A DNA stretch of 48,781 nucleotides from sequence record SRR2962707_1678, one strand, 5' to 3'. The notes below the pieces were generated by a model that made no database searches, was not told the DNA's origin, and saw nothing but the letters and a program-made list of their open reading frames with translations. The translations under genes were made by a program, and so were the position numbers. Positions 28,976-40,625 of the stretch are shown one piece after another; the stretch's first letter is position 1; every line of letters begins with the position of its first letter.

Positions 28976-29487
28976 CTCTCACGATCGTAGTTGATCGCTT
29001 TAATGATCATTTCGCGAGGTTCTTTTCCGAGCTGAAGTATTGCTTCTTCGTTTATTTTTTTGCCTGTGATAGCCTTGGCAATCGGCGCAGTAAAAGCAAT
29101 CTTTTGCTTCTTGACATTTGCCTCATCCACACCTACAATTTGGAAGGTTTGTTCCCTGTTTTCCTTCTTGAAAAGCAAAGTAACTCTTGCACCAAATCGC
29201 ACTTCATTCATTTCATTTTCTGATATCTCAAGTAGTCGTGATGAGCTTATACGTTCTTCCAGCAATGCAAGCTTTCCTTTAGCTAATTGCATTTTGTATC
29301 GCTTATCTTTTCCGTCTTCGATACCATGAATGTCCTCAATCTCTGATAGAAGATTTTCTCTTTCCTCATGAAGCAAGGCCAGCCCTTTAGCGGTGATATA
29401 GTTACTTACACCTGCGGGCAGGGGTGCTCTTGGTGGAATGATAGGGGCTTCCTCCTGGTTATCCTCATTAACAAATGCTCGGCTCAT
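28972..29487 (-). CDS. GreA/GreB-family elongation factor-like protein
   Basis: NYIT..G, VRFGARV, QIVGVDEA, IAFTAPIAKA. Confidence 0.85.
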   Translation of the reverse strand: MSRAFVNEDNQEEAPIIPPRAPLPAGVSNYITAKGLALLHEERENLLSEIEDIHGIEDGKDKRYKMQLAKGKLALLEERISSSRLLEISENEMNEVRFGARVTLLFKKENREQTFQIVGVDEANVKKQKIAFTAPIAKAITGKKINEEAILQLGKEPREMIIKAINYDRES

Positions 29488-29582
29488 AGGTTTAAATGTA
29501 TATATCCAAACGATTACTATGCAATTAGAACATATTCAGAACAAGAATATGGAAAAACGAGTTTTCAATTTAAAGCAATAAC

Positions 29583-29834
29583 ATGAGTGAGGAAGAAATT
29601 AAGCAAGCCATAAAAGATATTCCTGTTGGAGCCAAGCTGCAGCTGGTAAAAAGCAATGGAGACATCATAGAAGTCCGCTTAATGAGTCATGAGGTGGCTG
29701 GTACGGAAGCAAAAGAATATGGAGAACTCGTTGTTCCGGCATTGCCACCAGCCATCACTGTTCAAGGCGGTTCCAGGTTTGGTAGCTTTCGTATTGAGGC
29801 ACAAGAAATACTAAATGTTGCCTGGATAGATTAA
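29583..29834 (+). CDS. Hypothetical protein
   Basis: 83-aa ORF with protein-like composition. Confidence 0.6.
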   Translation: MSEEEIKQAIKDIPVGAKLQLVKSNGDIIEVRLMSHEVAGTEAKEYGELVVPALPPAITVQGGSRFGSFRIEAQEILNVAWID

Positions 29835-29837
29835 CCA

Positions 29838-30239
29838 TTAGGCGTTGCTCTTCTGGTATTGATCGTTGGGATGATATTCAATGAATTTGAAAGGAAGATC
29901 TAACAGGTCGCTGTAATCTTCACCGGCTTCATACATGTCCTCATCATCTTCATCATAGTACCACCGGACCATTACTTTCTTTCCCTTGTTTTCAAGTTTC
30001 TTAATTTCTTTCAGAATATCATAAATGCATTTGGAGGAGCTGGTATTAAAATATTCCATTTTAATCCTTACATCAACTTTATCACCTTGTATGTGCTTGG
30101 ATATTGTTTCTAAGATTGGCTCATAGAACTGCATGGAATTCTCCGGACTGGATCTCCCATACATTTTAAAGACTCCTCTGGCCGGATCTAGCAATATTGC
30201 TGGTGTTGTTCGTGTTGGTTGGATTTTAATTGGCTCCAT
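29838..30239 (-). CDS. SiaC-family (DUF1987) regulatory phosphoprotein
   Basis: T..TP, GRSSPEN...FY.P, EYFNTSSSK, WYY..DDEDM.EAGED. Confidence 0.88.
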   Translation of the reverse strand: MEPIKIQPTRTTPAILLDPARGVFKMYGRSSPENSMQFYEPILETISKHIQGDKVDVRIKMEYFNTSSSKCIYDILKEIKKLENKGKKVMVRWYYDEDDEDMYEAGEDYSDLLDLPFKFIEYHPNDQYQKSNA

Positions 30240-30320
30240 TTAGTTTTTGTTGGTAGATAAAAAAACAAAATTTCATCCAGAAACAAAAAGGGAATTAGGT
30301 GAGCGGTTCAATTTGTTCGT

Positions 30321-30752
30321 TCAATCCTCAAAACGATCGGTTACATCTTTATAAGTACAGAAGACATATCTGATTGTTCCCTCGTTATTTAAGATCGGAT
30401 GAGTATTTACCTCGAGCCACACTTTCTCTTTAAGCGGGCGCGACACACCCATGATTACATTTAGTTTCGGCTTGTAGTTGGTGATTGCTTCGATGATGGG
30501 AAAATCATACGTTTCAAATTTACTCCCATCCTCATGTGAAATTTTCCAATAAGGATCCATGGCGCTGTTACCCAGAAATTGTTCTTTGGAGAGTCCAAGT
30601 AAATGATATGCAGCCTTGTTACAATCGATAGGCTGGGCGTTAGCATTGTAGACGCCCACACCTATACTCAATCCATCAATCAACCGGTGAAAATCCGCTT
30701 CTCCGGATTGATACGCATGGTTGAGTTCATTGATATCCAGATGTTCATCCAT
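30321..30752 (-). CDS. Stand-alone PAS domain protein
   Basis: CNKAAYHLLGLS, EDGS....FP, WLEVNT.P, ends ..DVT. Confidence 0.8.
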   Translation of the reverse strand: MDEHLDINELNHAYQSGEADFHRLIDGLSIGVGVYNANAQPIDCNKAAYHLLGLSKEQFLGNSAMDPYWKISHEDGSKFETYDFPIIEAITNYKPKLNVIMGVSRPLKEKVWLEVNTHPILNNEGTIRYVFCTYKDVTDRFED

Positions 30753-30833
30753 ACCCGAGCAATTTAATACAGATACGCATTTAGTTGAGTATCTGTTTGC
30801 TCTGAATTGTATAATGAATGGAGGTTAAAAAGC

Positions 30834-31367
30834 CTAATCCAATTTCAAATGATGAATATGTTCATCAATCAAATCAATTCTGTTGGTAATGTTCTCGACA
30901 TACTTAGCCAACTCCTGCTCTATTTTTTCTACTTTCTTATAGAATTTAGAGCCACTCTGTGTTCCATATTCCTCACTTGCTTCAGTGTAATCTGCACATT
31001 CCTCACTTAGAAAAGTTTTAAAATTAGGTGTTGTGTATTCCGTTTCAACCGTCAGAATTTCATCAAGTGTTGCTTTTGCTTCCTTATCATTGGAGCCTGC
31101 ATATTTCTCGCTCACCACTTGGTATAGTACTGTGTCATAGTGATGAATTTTATCCAACAATTCGATGGTTTCATTTCTGTAAAAGTCTGACGTACAGTAA
31201 TATTTCAAGCCTGTGTATTTCCCCAGTTCATCCGCACGTTTGTCCCACTTCACTGTAAGATCATCAATGATTTTTACAATATCCTCGTCCTGAGCCTGAG
31301 TAAATAGGGCAGTGGTAAAAAAGAAAACAAAAAATAATCGTTTCATGGTTAAGGTTAAGTTTTTCAT
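30834..31367 (-). CDS. Hypothetical secreted helical protein
   Basis: Signal peptide ending AQ; C-terminal EHIHHL. Confidence 0.7.
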   Translation of the reverse strand: MKNLTLTMKRLFFVFFFTTALFTQAQDEDIVKIIDDLTVKWDKRADELGKYTGLKYYCTSDFYRNETIELLDKIHHYDTVLYQVVSEKYAGSNDKEAKATLDEILTVETEYTTPNFKTFLSEECADYTEASEEYGTQSGSKFYKKVEKIEQELAKYVENITNRIDLIDEHIHHLKLD

Positions 31368-31526
31368 AAAGTTATGTCGATAATATTCTAATTTGAAACA
31401 TGTTTGGGGTGATTAGTCGTGAGATAATGGGGATAGACCGAAAATCAGTTTTTATTTATATGCATGTGGGAAGATATGGCATTCTATTACCTTTAGCTAC
31501 CTTTAATCTTTAAGACAACTAAACGA

Positions 31527-32168
31527 ATGAGTGATTCTAATAGCAGCGGTAAAGCCGGAGTGATCATTGTAATCATAGTAATTGTACTGGGTGGCCTGAC
31601 GGCTGCATGGTATTTTGGTTCGTATAAGCCGGAACAGGAAGCCAAAGAGCAGGCACGGCTGGAGCAGATTGCAGCAGCTGAGGCGGAGAAAAAGAGACAA
31701 CAGCAGGAAGCGCAGAAGAAAGACAAATACGACCAGCTAATCGCAGATGCAGATGTGGCTTTTGAACAAGAGAACTGGGAGTCCGCACGGTCGCTTTACT
31801 CCGAAGCATCTTCACTTTATCCAAGTCAGCCATACCCTCAGGATCAACTGTCTCTAGTGAATTCAAAGTTGGATGAGATAGCTGAAAGAGAGGCCAGGAG
31901 AGCAGCTGGAGTAGTGGAAACTGCTTCATCACCCACCGGTCGTTTCTATGTTATTATATCGAGTAGTATCGATGAGGACCTGGCGATGGACTATGCAAAG
32001 AAGTTAGCTAAAGAAGGTACCAGTGTAAAGATCGTGCAGCATAACTTCAATGACCTGCCTTTTCATGGGGTGTCAGTGGGAGATTACAACACCTGGGATC
32101 AAGCAGTCAGCAAATCTAAATCATTGGGAACCACTTACGGAAAAGAGGCGTGGGTTCTAAAATATTAG
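31527..32168 (+). CDS. SPOR-domain membrane-anchored protein
   Basis: N-terminal TM, coiled/TPR-like middle, C-terminal FYVIISS...A....L...VSVG.Y...AWVLKY. Confidence 0.7.
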   Translation: MSDSNSSGKAGVIIVIIVIVLGGLTAAWYFGSYKPEQEAKEQARLEQIAAAEAEKKRQQQEAQKKDKYDQLIADADVAFEQENWESARSLYSEASSLYPSQPYPQDQLSLVNSKLDEIAEREARRAAGVVETASSPTGRFYVIISSSIDEDLAMDYAKKLAKEGTSVKIVQHNFNDLPFHGVSVGDYNTWDQAVSKSKSLGTTYGKEAWVLKY

Positions 32169-32199
32169 TTTGACTTAAACTAGATTTTCGTAATAGACC

Positions 32200-33858
<1,659 letters not shown>

Positions 33859-34057
33859 TTACTCTTTTCATTAGAGAATGTTATTAGTTCTAATTGCCAG
33901 AATATCATTATTCGAAAAATAAATATCATTCCTTAAAGTATGTTTCAAATAACTTCTTCATATAGTCCTACCGTCAATTGAAATACCCCCTGGTAGGTAT
34001 TGCTAGTCATTCAGTTTTTTAGCACCTTTATCTGCTAATTAATCCGTTTTATAAGCA

Positions 34058-34354
34058 ATGCCTGCATACGAATATAAAATTGAAGTCAAAGGAGTTGGAT
34101 CGATTAGTGTTCAAGTGACACTTGCTAATCAGCCTATAGCCATGGTAAGTAATAATGGGAAGAAATGGAGGGATGAAGATAATCCTACGTCATTATCATT
34201 TAATGGTAACTTAATAGGGGCTATTAAAATAACTGCGGCCTCCGGAACCGGATGGTCGATTAAAATAACCAATCAAGGAAATGCTGTATTTACTTCATCT
34301 GGAGAAACCGAGAATAATAGCTCTAATGTATCAATCAATGTTCCGCCAGTTTAG
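34058..34354 (+). CDS. Small hypothetical beta-rich protein
   Basis: 98-aa ORF, alternating hydrophobic pattern. Confidence 0.6.
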   Translation: MPAYEYKIEVKGVGSISVQVTLANQPIAMVSNNGKKWRDEDNPTSLSFNGNLIGAIKITAASGTGWSIKITNQGNAVFTSSGETENNSSNVSINVPPV

Positions 34355-35345
34355 CTTATCACTACTGGTGATTTGTTCCATATCAACCTGCTTTGGTCAA
34401 ACATCAGCATTAGAAAGTTCGGATGGAGAGACATCTCTGTTGATTTCCAATATCGGAACTGTGTCATTAAATTTTGCAGCTAGTAAGGTTGGTCTATCCT
34501 ATGGAAGGTTCAGGTCATCTACAGATCAATACCTTTTCGATGCGGATGAATTAATCTACGGGTTTGATGGTAGCATATCGGCAAGCGATGGTGTAGCGTC
34601 ACTTATTAGTGATGGTAAGCTGCATCCAATTGGAGAATATGGTGGGTTGATTGCTCTGCGAGGAGAAAGCTCCCGAACTCCAAATAAAGCAGCACTAGCT
34701 GTGGCTATGAATAAGACTGTGTTTTTATCCTTAAAAAGAGAGTCCTCATCAGTAAATCTGTATGAATTAATTAATGAAAGTGATTCCTTAAATACAGTAA
34801 CTGATAATGGATTTAATCTTACAATTGGGTATAATAAACTTGGCGGATGGTACCGGCACGGACCAGGTCATTATAACACCTCTATTTTTGGTATTTCCTT
34901 AAAGTTTGGTGAAACAACCAATATTAAGGATCTATCAAATGGAACCATCACTTCCATAGTTTACAACGAAGATAGTACACGTCTTATCCAATCGAACAAT
35001 GAAAATGTTCGCACACCTTTATCAAAGTATGATGATCGGGTCTTTTTCATGAACATCAACTCTGACTTTCTTTACTATCCCAATGTAATGGGAAATCGTA
35101 TTGCTTTTCTGTGGTATAATAGGCTCAAGTTTACCAATAAAGATGAAGATCTGTATGATGATGATGAAGATCATAAATGGGAGTTCAATTCAGGATTAGG
35201 AGTAGCATTAACCAAGAATCAGGCACCAAGAGAAGTAGTAGGCTCATTGCAAATCCATTTTGAGGATGTTTTTGACATCACCGATTCCGATAACAATTTC
35301 ATGGAGCGAATCAGTGTGAATATTGTTGTTGGATTTCCTTTTTAA
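34338..35345 (+). CDS. Hypothetical exported protein, possible outer-membrane beta-barrel
   Basis: Signal peptide from MFRQF (34338); amphipathic strands; C-terminal VNIVVGFPF. Confidence 0.55.
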   Translation: MFRQFSLSLLVICSISTCFGQTSALESSDGETSLLISNIGTVSLNFAASKVGLSYGRFRSSTDQYLFDADELIYGFDGSISASDGVASLISDGKLHPIGEYGGLIALRGESSRTPNKAALAVAMNKTVFLSLKRESSSVNLYELINESDSLNTVTDNGFNLTIGYNKLGGWYRHGPGHYNTSIFGISLKFGETTNIKDLSNGTITSIVYNEDSTRLIQSNNENVRTPLSKYDDRVFFMNINSDFLYYPNVMGNRIAFLWYNRLKFTNKDEDLYDDDEDHKWEFNSGLGVALTKNQAPREVVGSLQIHFEDVFDITDSDNNFMERISVNIVVGFPF

Positions 35346-35439
35346 TCTTTTCAGGACGCAAAGTGACTTTTACATTGTATGATTAGCTTTTACATTTTTT
35401 CATTTAACTTTTTAGTGGCTTGAGCATAATACTACTAAT

Positions 35440-36426
35440 ATGGATGAGTTAAGGTTTCAAAATATTATCAATTCAAACCTTTCTTTTGATGATTCTTCAT
35501 TAGTCAAGGGAATGATTTCAAAAGCTGTAGGAATTCCACCTGCTAACTCTACCATCATTTCAGAGGAAGTGACTAAAAATATTTCTGAGATAGAATCTTA
35601 TATTAATATTGATGATGTTAAGCAACTAGCATATGATCTTGATGCATTAAATGATCTCAGCCAAATCACCCCCATGATACAACCTCCAAAATGGCTAAAT
35701 AGGACTGAAGATTTTCCTGTTCAAATTATTGAAGGAATGAGGTCCGCCATAGGATTGGAAAAAATTGAGGGGTTTGTCACCAATCCGGCCATACACCATG
35801 ATTATAAATCATTTTTCAAGAAAAACTTTGTAAAACCCATATTGAAGTCGCATTTAGGATTTGGGGTCAGAGTAAATACTGATGAATTAAAGTCCAAGAC
35901 TAACGCAATAGTTCTTGAAGAACTGGAGATAAAAAAACAGTTCCTGGATGGTCTCAAAGAGGAGAGATATAAGGAGGATGAGGTTGAAGTGTATGAATTC
36001 AATCAGACGACCAATAGGTATGAATTGAGCACACTGAGCTCCGTATATTCAAAAATGAGATATGGGCAGGTAAGGAAGCAAGGATTTGAGAATGGATCCT
36101 CCGATGTAACAGGGAAAAATAATACTCCAACGCCCCTTCTCGGTTTCCTGGGGGGTGGTGGTGGAGGTTCCAGGATTCCTCCTCCAAATATTCGAATAAA
36201 GATAAAAGTAACATCTAATGTGAACCATCCTCCATATAATCTTGATGCCAGTCATTATAGCCATAATAAATTCTATCATTTTGCAGGTCCTGGTCCAGTG
36301 TTTAACGGAAGCCTCAGCCCCGGAATTTATACGTTTAGAGCCCGTGGTGGAAAATTTAAAAAACATAAGGATTGCCAATCAAAATACAAAGTGCTGAAAC
36401 CTGGATCAATTCATGTAATATTTTAA
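35440..36426 (+). CDS. Hypothetical protein with Gly/Pro linker and basic C-terminal domain
   Basis: 328-aa ORF; LGGGGGGSRIPPP linker. Confidence 0.6.
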   Translation: MDELRFQNIINSNLSFDDSSLVKGMISKAVGIPPANSTIISEEVTKNISEIESYINIDDVKQLAYDLDALNDLSQITPMIQPPKWLNRTEDFPVQIIEGMRSAIGLEKIEGFVTNPAIHHDYKSFFKKNFVKPILKSHLGFGVRVNTDELKSKTNAIVLEELEIKKQFLDGLKEERYKEDEVEVYEFNQTTNRYELSTLSSVYSKMRYGQVRKQGFENGSSDVTGKNNTPTPLLGFLGGGGGGSRIPPPNIRIKIKVTSNVNHPPYNLDASHYSHNKFYHFAGPGPVFNGSLSPGIYTFRARGGKFKKHKDCQSKYKVLKPGSIHVIF

Positions 36427-36436
36427 TCCTGTAACT

Positions 36437-37147
36437 ATGATAGATACTATTCTTCTACAAATTCAATCAGATAATTTCGGAATATTCACCTATACAATGG
36501 CTATAATAAGCGCGATTTGTGCTACGCTATGGGCTATAAAAGCCAAAGTATTTGGAGGTAATAAGAAGTGGTGGAAGGGAAGTGATGAGTTTTATGTGAA
36601 AACAGGACCTAAAATTGGCTTGATACTTAGTGTCATTGGTTTTGCATCAATGTATTTATTAACAACTGCCTCAAATTTCAAATTCTATCTAATAGTTGGA
36701 GCTATACTGGCTATAATTACCTTGATTTTCTTTTTGTCCTATAGCTACTTATTAGAACTATATGTACTTAAGAAATACAAAACTATTGAAAGTAATGGGG
36801 AGGTTCAATCAGTATTAACTGATGTGATTTGTGGCAAAGACTATACACCTTTAGCAGTTAATTATAAGAAAGAGAACCCTCACGATTCGGACGAAGATAT
36901 GCTTCAGGTGTCCAACAATGAAAAGCATTACTGGACTAGGCATTCCATTGCAGCTAACAGAGTAAAAATTGTAGCATTGTTGATTTTACTCCAAGTGACT
37001 GGAGCATTGACGGTAGCTCAAGCTGGGTTGGTTGTTCAGGTAGTGACCACAGGTAGGCCTCCATTTCAGACGTCAAAGGAAATGATCGAAAATGGAGACA
37101 AGCCCGCTGTTCCTGGTAATAATAAGCCTGAAGGATCGTTACAGTAA
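36437..37147 (+). CDS. Hypothetical membrane protein (about 4 TM)
   Basis: Three N-terminal hydrophobic helices, soluble loop, fourth helix; 10 bp after previous gene. Confidence 0.65.
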   Translation: MIDTILLQIQSDNFGIFTYTMAIISAICATLWAIKAKVFGGNKKWWKGSDEFYVKTGPKIGLILSVIGFASMYLLTTASNFKFYLIVGAILAIITLIFFLSYSYLLELYVLKKYKTIESNGEVQSVLTDVICGKDYTPLAVNYKKENPHDSDEDMLQVSNNEKHYWTRHSIAANRVKIVALLILLQVTGALTVAQAGLVVQVVTTGRPPFQTSKEMIENGDKPAVPGNNKPEGSLQ

Positions 37148-37230
37148 CTCTATTACACATCCTTAAATCATAAAAAATCCTTCATAAAATTTCTCGAAAC
37201 TTACACTATCATCCTTTAAATTAAATACAC

Positions 37231-37238
37231 TATATTTG
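37231..37238 (+). promoter_or_regulatory. Bacteroidota -7 element for csp genes, implying a long 5' UTR
   Basis: TATATTTG about 245 nt upstream of the first csp ATG. Confidence 0.5.
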
Positions 37239-37483
37239 CATCACCTATATAGATAGGTACAATAATTTAGTTAATACGCTGCTCCACGCAGTAGGTAGTG
37301 CCTTCAAGTAGCAATTTCCCTTAAAGAATTTCTTCCTGTCGTTTCCGCTGAGTTGATTAGATGTAAATCATAATCAAACGTTTTTTCTTCATTATTGAAG
37401 TAATCGATGGATCATCTTTTTTACTTCGTTGTAAAGGAGGTATCTGTCAAAAAAATAATAATTAACAATACAATACAATTAAA

Positions 37484-37678
37484 ATGCAAGAAGGAACGGT
37501 AAAGTTTTTCAACAGCGAAAAAGGGTTTGGGTTTATTACGCCAACCAATTCTAAAAAAGACATTTTTGTTCACATGAGTGGACTTATCCATGAGATCATG
37601 GAAAATGACAAGGTAGCCTTTGAAGTAGAAGAAGGTAAAAAAGGTCTCAACGCCATCAATGTTGAGCGAATCGACTAA
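37484..37678 (+). CDS. Cold-shock protein
   Basis: GTVKFFN..KGFGFI (RNP1), DIFVH (RNP2). Confidence 0.96.
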   Translation: MQEGTVKFFNSEKGFGFITPTNSKKDIFVHMSGLIHEIMENDKVAFEVEEGKKGLNAINVERID

Positions 37679-37715
37679 GAATTATTTTAATTAGAACAAG
37701 ATAAATAGCAATACA

Positions 37716-37907
37716 ATGCAAGAAGGAAAAGTTAAGTTTTTCAATCATGGTAAAGGATATGGATTCATTACGCCTGATTCAGGTGAAGATGTATTCGTAC
37801 ACGTAAATGGATTGATTGACGAAATCAAGGAAAACGATCGTGTTCAGTTCGAAACTGAGCAAGGCAAGAAAGGCCTTAATGCGGTGAACGTAGAAGTGAT
37901 CGACTAA
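37716..37907 (+). CDS. Cold-shock protein (tandem paralog)
   Basis: GKVKFFN..KGYGFI, DVFVH. Confidence 0.96.
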   Translation: MQEGKVKFFNHGKGYGFITPDSGEDVFVHVNGLIDEIKENDRVQFETEQGKKGLNAVNVEVID

Positions 37908-37941
37908 GACACACTATCGCTCATGGAGCGAATACTTTAAA

Positions 37942-37974
37942 AGGTGACTTTGCATAGCAGGGTCACCTTTTTTT
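37942..37974 (+). terminator. Intrinsic terminator after csp pair (possibly bidirectional)
   Basis: AGGTGACTTTGC-ATA-GCAGGGTCACCT hairpin plus T-run; A-run on the 5' side. Confidence 0.85.
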
Positions 37975-37998
37975 ATGAAGGACTCCTTCATGTTTGAA

Positions 37999-38910
37999 TC
38001 ATGCAATTCTGGCTTTTGGCTTAGTGAGTAGCTGCCCCTTTCTGTAGGCGAATGAAAGGGCTGCCGGGATTTCCGCTTCCGCTTCAATCACCGCGGCTCT
38101 CGCTTTCTGTATTTCGGCCATCATCTCCTGCGCCTCAGCTACCGCCATGGCTCTTCTTTCTTCAGCTTTTGCATTGGCGATCTCCAGGTCTGCTGCCGCC
38201 TGATCGATCTGAAGCTTCGCACCGATGTTTTTACCGATATTGATGTCGGCGATATCGATGGAGAGTATTTCATAGGCCGTGCCTGCATCCAGTCCTCCCG
38301 CCAGCACTCGCTTGGAAATGGCTTCCGGCTGCTCTAGCACCAGCTTATAAGTAGAGGATTCACCCATGCATGAAATGATACCCTGACCCACTCGTGCCTT
38401 GATCGTTTCTTCACCAGCACCACCCACCAGCTGTTGGATATTAGTGCGTACTGTCACCCGTGCCTCTGCAATGAGCTGAATGCCATCTACAGTTACTCCT
38501 GTAATGGAGGGGACAATAATCATGTATGGGGTAACAGATATTTGCACAGCTTCTAATACATCCCTGCCTGCCAGGTCTATGGCTGTAGCCTGTTTAAATG
38601 TCATTTGTAGGTTGGCTTTATCAGCCACGATGAGAGCTTTGATCACCTTGGTCAGATTACCACCGGCCAGGTAATGGGTTTCCAGTAATTGCGAGTTAAT
38701 GTTTTGAATGCCTGCCTTGGTAGCCAGTATCAATGAATTGACAATGAGTGGTGGTGGCACCTTCCTGAAACGCATAAACACCAGGTCCAGCAGGTTGACT
38801 TGTACGCCTGAGAAAACGGCTGTAATCCATAAGTTAATAGGGAAGATGTATAGCAGCAGCCAGAGGCCGACGAGTACTGCGCCCGAAATAATTAGTAATT
38901 GTATCTCCAT
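37999..38910 (-). CDS. floA: Flotillin-like protein FloA (YqfA/UPF0365)
   Basis: [64 protein letters not shown]. Confidence 0.92.
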   Translation of the reverse strand: MEIQLLIISGAVLVGLWLLLYIFPINLWITAVFSGVQVNLLDLVFMRFRKVPPPLIVNSLILATKAGIQNINSQLLETHYLAGGNLTKVIKALIVADKANLQMTFKQATAIDLAGRDVLEAVQISVTPYMIIVPSITGVTVDGIQLIAEARVTVRTNIQQLVGGAGEETIKARVGQGIISCMGESSTYKLVLEQPEAISKRVLAGGLDAGTAYEILSIDIADINIGKNIGAKLQIDQAAADLEIANAKAEERRAMAVAEAQEMMAEIQKARAAVIEAEAEIPAALSFAYRKGQLLTKPKARIA

Positions 38911-39016
38911 AAAATCGGGACAGTTAAGAATTGAAGGCGGAAGCTACGTTATTTCTCCGCTTTTGCACTGAAATGTGGAAAAAATAATTTGGTTAGTTAA
39001 AAAGAATGTGACTCAA

Positions 39017-39511
39017 TCAAGAAGCAAGTGGAAAAACCGTCTTATGGTGAAGTGCATCTTTGATGATGGCTTCCCATTTTTTAACAAGAGGTAGTTCTCC
39101 ATTCGGTCTGAAGTGCTCATCTGAACTAAAAAAATCAAAGACGATAGGCGACTTTTGAGAATCATAAGGTATCAATACCAGTTCCAGGTTATCAATGATC
39201 GTCTCACCGGATTTAAGATTCCTTTTGACGCAGTTTACCGTACATTTTTGAACATCAAAAAAAGAAATGCAGTGCCTGGTTACTAACCCGTTTCTTTGTT
39301 TATAGAAAAAGACATAACGCTTTGAGGATGAGATTCCTATTCCAAACTCAACACCCAAATCCCAGGATGCTAGCTGGCTATTACATGATTCTGCCATAGC
39401 TCTGAGGCCAGACAATAATTCATTTTCAACTTTTTTCCTGCTTATATGCATGCCAACGAATGGCAGAATGGTCAATGTGATGAGCACAAGTCCAATAATG
39501 GTTATTCCCAT
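39017..39511 (-). CDS. Hypothetical single-TM membrane protein
   Basis: N-terminal TM followed by soluble domain. Confidence 0.65.
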   Translation of the reverse strand: MGITIIGLVLITLTILPFVGMHISRKKVENELLSGLRAMAESCNSQLASWDLGVEFGIGISSSKRYVFFYKQRNGLVTRHCISFFDVQKCTVNCVKRNLKSGETIIDNLELVLIPYDSQKSPIVFDFFSSDEHFRPNGELPLVKKWEAIIKDALHHKTVFPLAS

Positions 39512-39589
39512 AATTTTTTCTTTTAATCAGAAGTTTTTCGATGCTTATTGGACGTGGGTTTATAAGAAGGTCACATAGGGTAAACTGAG

Positions 39590-39813
39590 CCTGCCTGCCG
39601 CAGGCAGGGTTCGCGAGATAGTTGGTGAATGACCTTACCCTCAACCCCCCGATACGTCGGACTGCTCCAACATTGAGAGGAAGCGTTTTCGCCATTCCTG
39701 CGATTTAGAAGTGTGCATTTCATTACGAGCTATTCCCCCTTAAAAAAGGGGGTTGGGGGTTGTTAAGATATATAACAGATTCCCCAGCCCCACTATGTTG
39801 GGTCAGGAATGAC
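39590..39813. repeat. Cluster of short REP-like palindromes
   Basis: CCTGCCTG-CCG-CAGGCAGG (39590-39608); CCGATACGTCGG (39649-39660); CCCCCTT...AAGGGGG (39735-39752); AGATTCC...GGAATGAC (39777-39813). Confidence 0.6.
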
Positions 39814-39847
39814 GTTCTTATGAGATATGATTCCCGGCCTATATCTC

Positions 39848-40438
39848 TTACCCAACCACCAACTTACGCATATAATCAACATTAATGTTTTGCAACTGCC
39901 CGAAGATGTGGTTGTTGATGGTGGCATTGCTGGAAGAGAAGTATTCATTGATGGCTTCATACATCTCTGATTTACTCAATCTTCCGTCACGGTTGATGTC
40001 CAGCTCTTTAAATGCATTGATGATCGAGCCTCTGTTGAGTCCCAGGATTTTATACAGTGTTTCAAACTCATCAAAATCAATAAATCCGTCCTTGTTGTGA
40101 TCGCAAAGATCAAATAAGAACCGAACCACAGAAGCAGAAAACCAGCGTATAAAATGAGATTTTTCCTCACCTTCATTTGATCGCTTTATGATCCGAATCC
40201 ATTCATGCACAGTGATCTTTCGTCCTTTGCCATCTGATTCCATGAGCAGGCGATCAAAATTTTTGATGGTCATGTACCTTAAGTATCTTTTTTCTGCAGA
40301 GTTGAAAAGTCCCTTTCGGGTTTGGTACAGACGCTCCAGCAGTTCGTCAAAATCTCCCGGCTCTAGAACGCCATCTTTGTTTGCATCCATCAAATAGAAG
40401 AATAGCATCCACTTACGTATGGTATGAGTTATCAGCAC
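39848..40438 (-). CDS. EF-hand calcium-binding protein (calerythrin-like)
   Basis: DANKDGVLEPGDF, DHNKDGFIDFDEF, DINRDGRLSKSEM loops; second hand degenerate. Confidence 0.88.
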   Translation of the reverse strand: MLITHTIRKWMLFFYLMDANKDGVLEPGDFDELLERLYQTRKGLFNSAEKRYLRYMTIKNFDRLLMESDGKGRKITVHEWIRIIKRSNEGEEKSHFIRWFSASVVRFLFDLCDHNKDGFIDFDEFETLYKILGLNRGSIINAFKELDINRDGRLSKSEMYEAINEYFSSSNATINNHIFGQLQNINVDYMRKLVVG

Positions 40439-40625
40439 GATGATTCATTTGACTTTAGAAGGTCTAATCTATAAAAGAGCAACGAGACTTTCAGATATAA
40501 GAGGAGAGACAGCCTGGATATCGAAAAAAATCCGGTTCAAATCAGAAGATGTTCGCTGCATAGAACGCTTCAAGAAATTTTTTAAAGAGATTTATAGCTT
40601 CTTGATCGTGTTAAATTCAAATCTT

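Noticed and set aside
36150-36167. Phase-variable poly-G tract
   Set aside because: Only G6, continuing as GGT/GGA codons for an in-frame Gly linker.
39426-39695. 89-aa ORF across the palindrome cluster
   Set aside because: It is a translation of repeat DNA and overlaps the real downstream gene.
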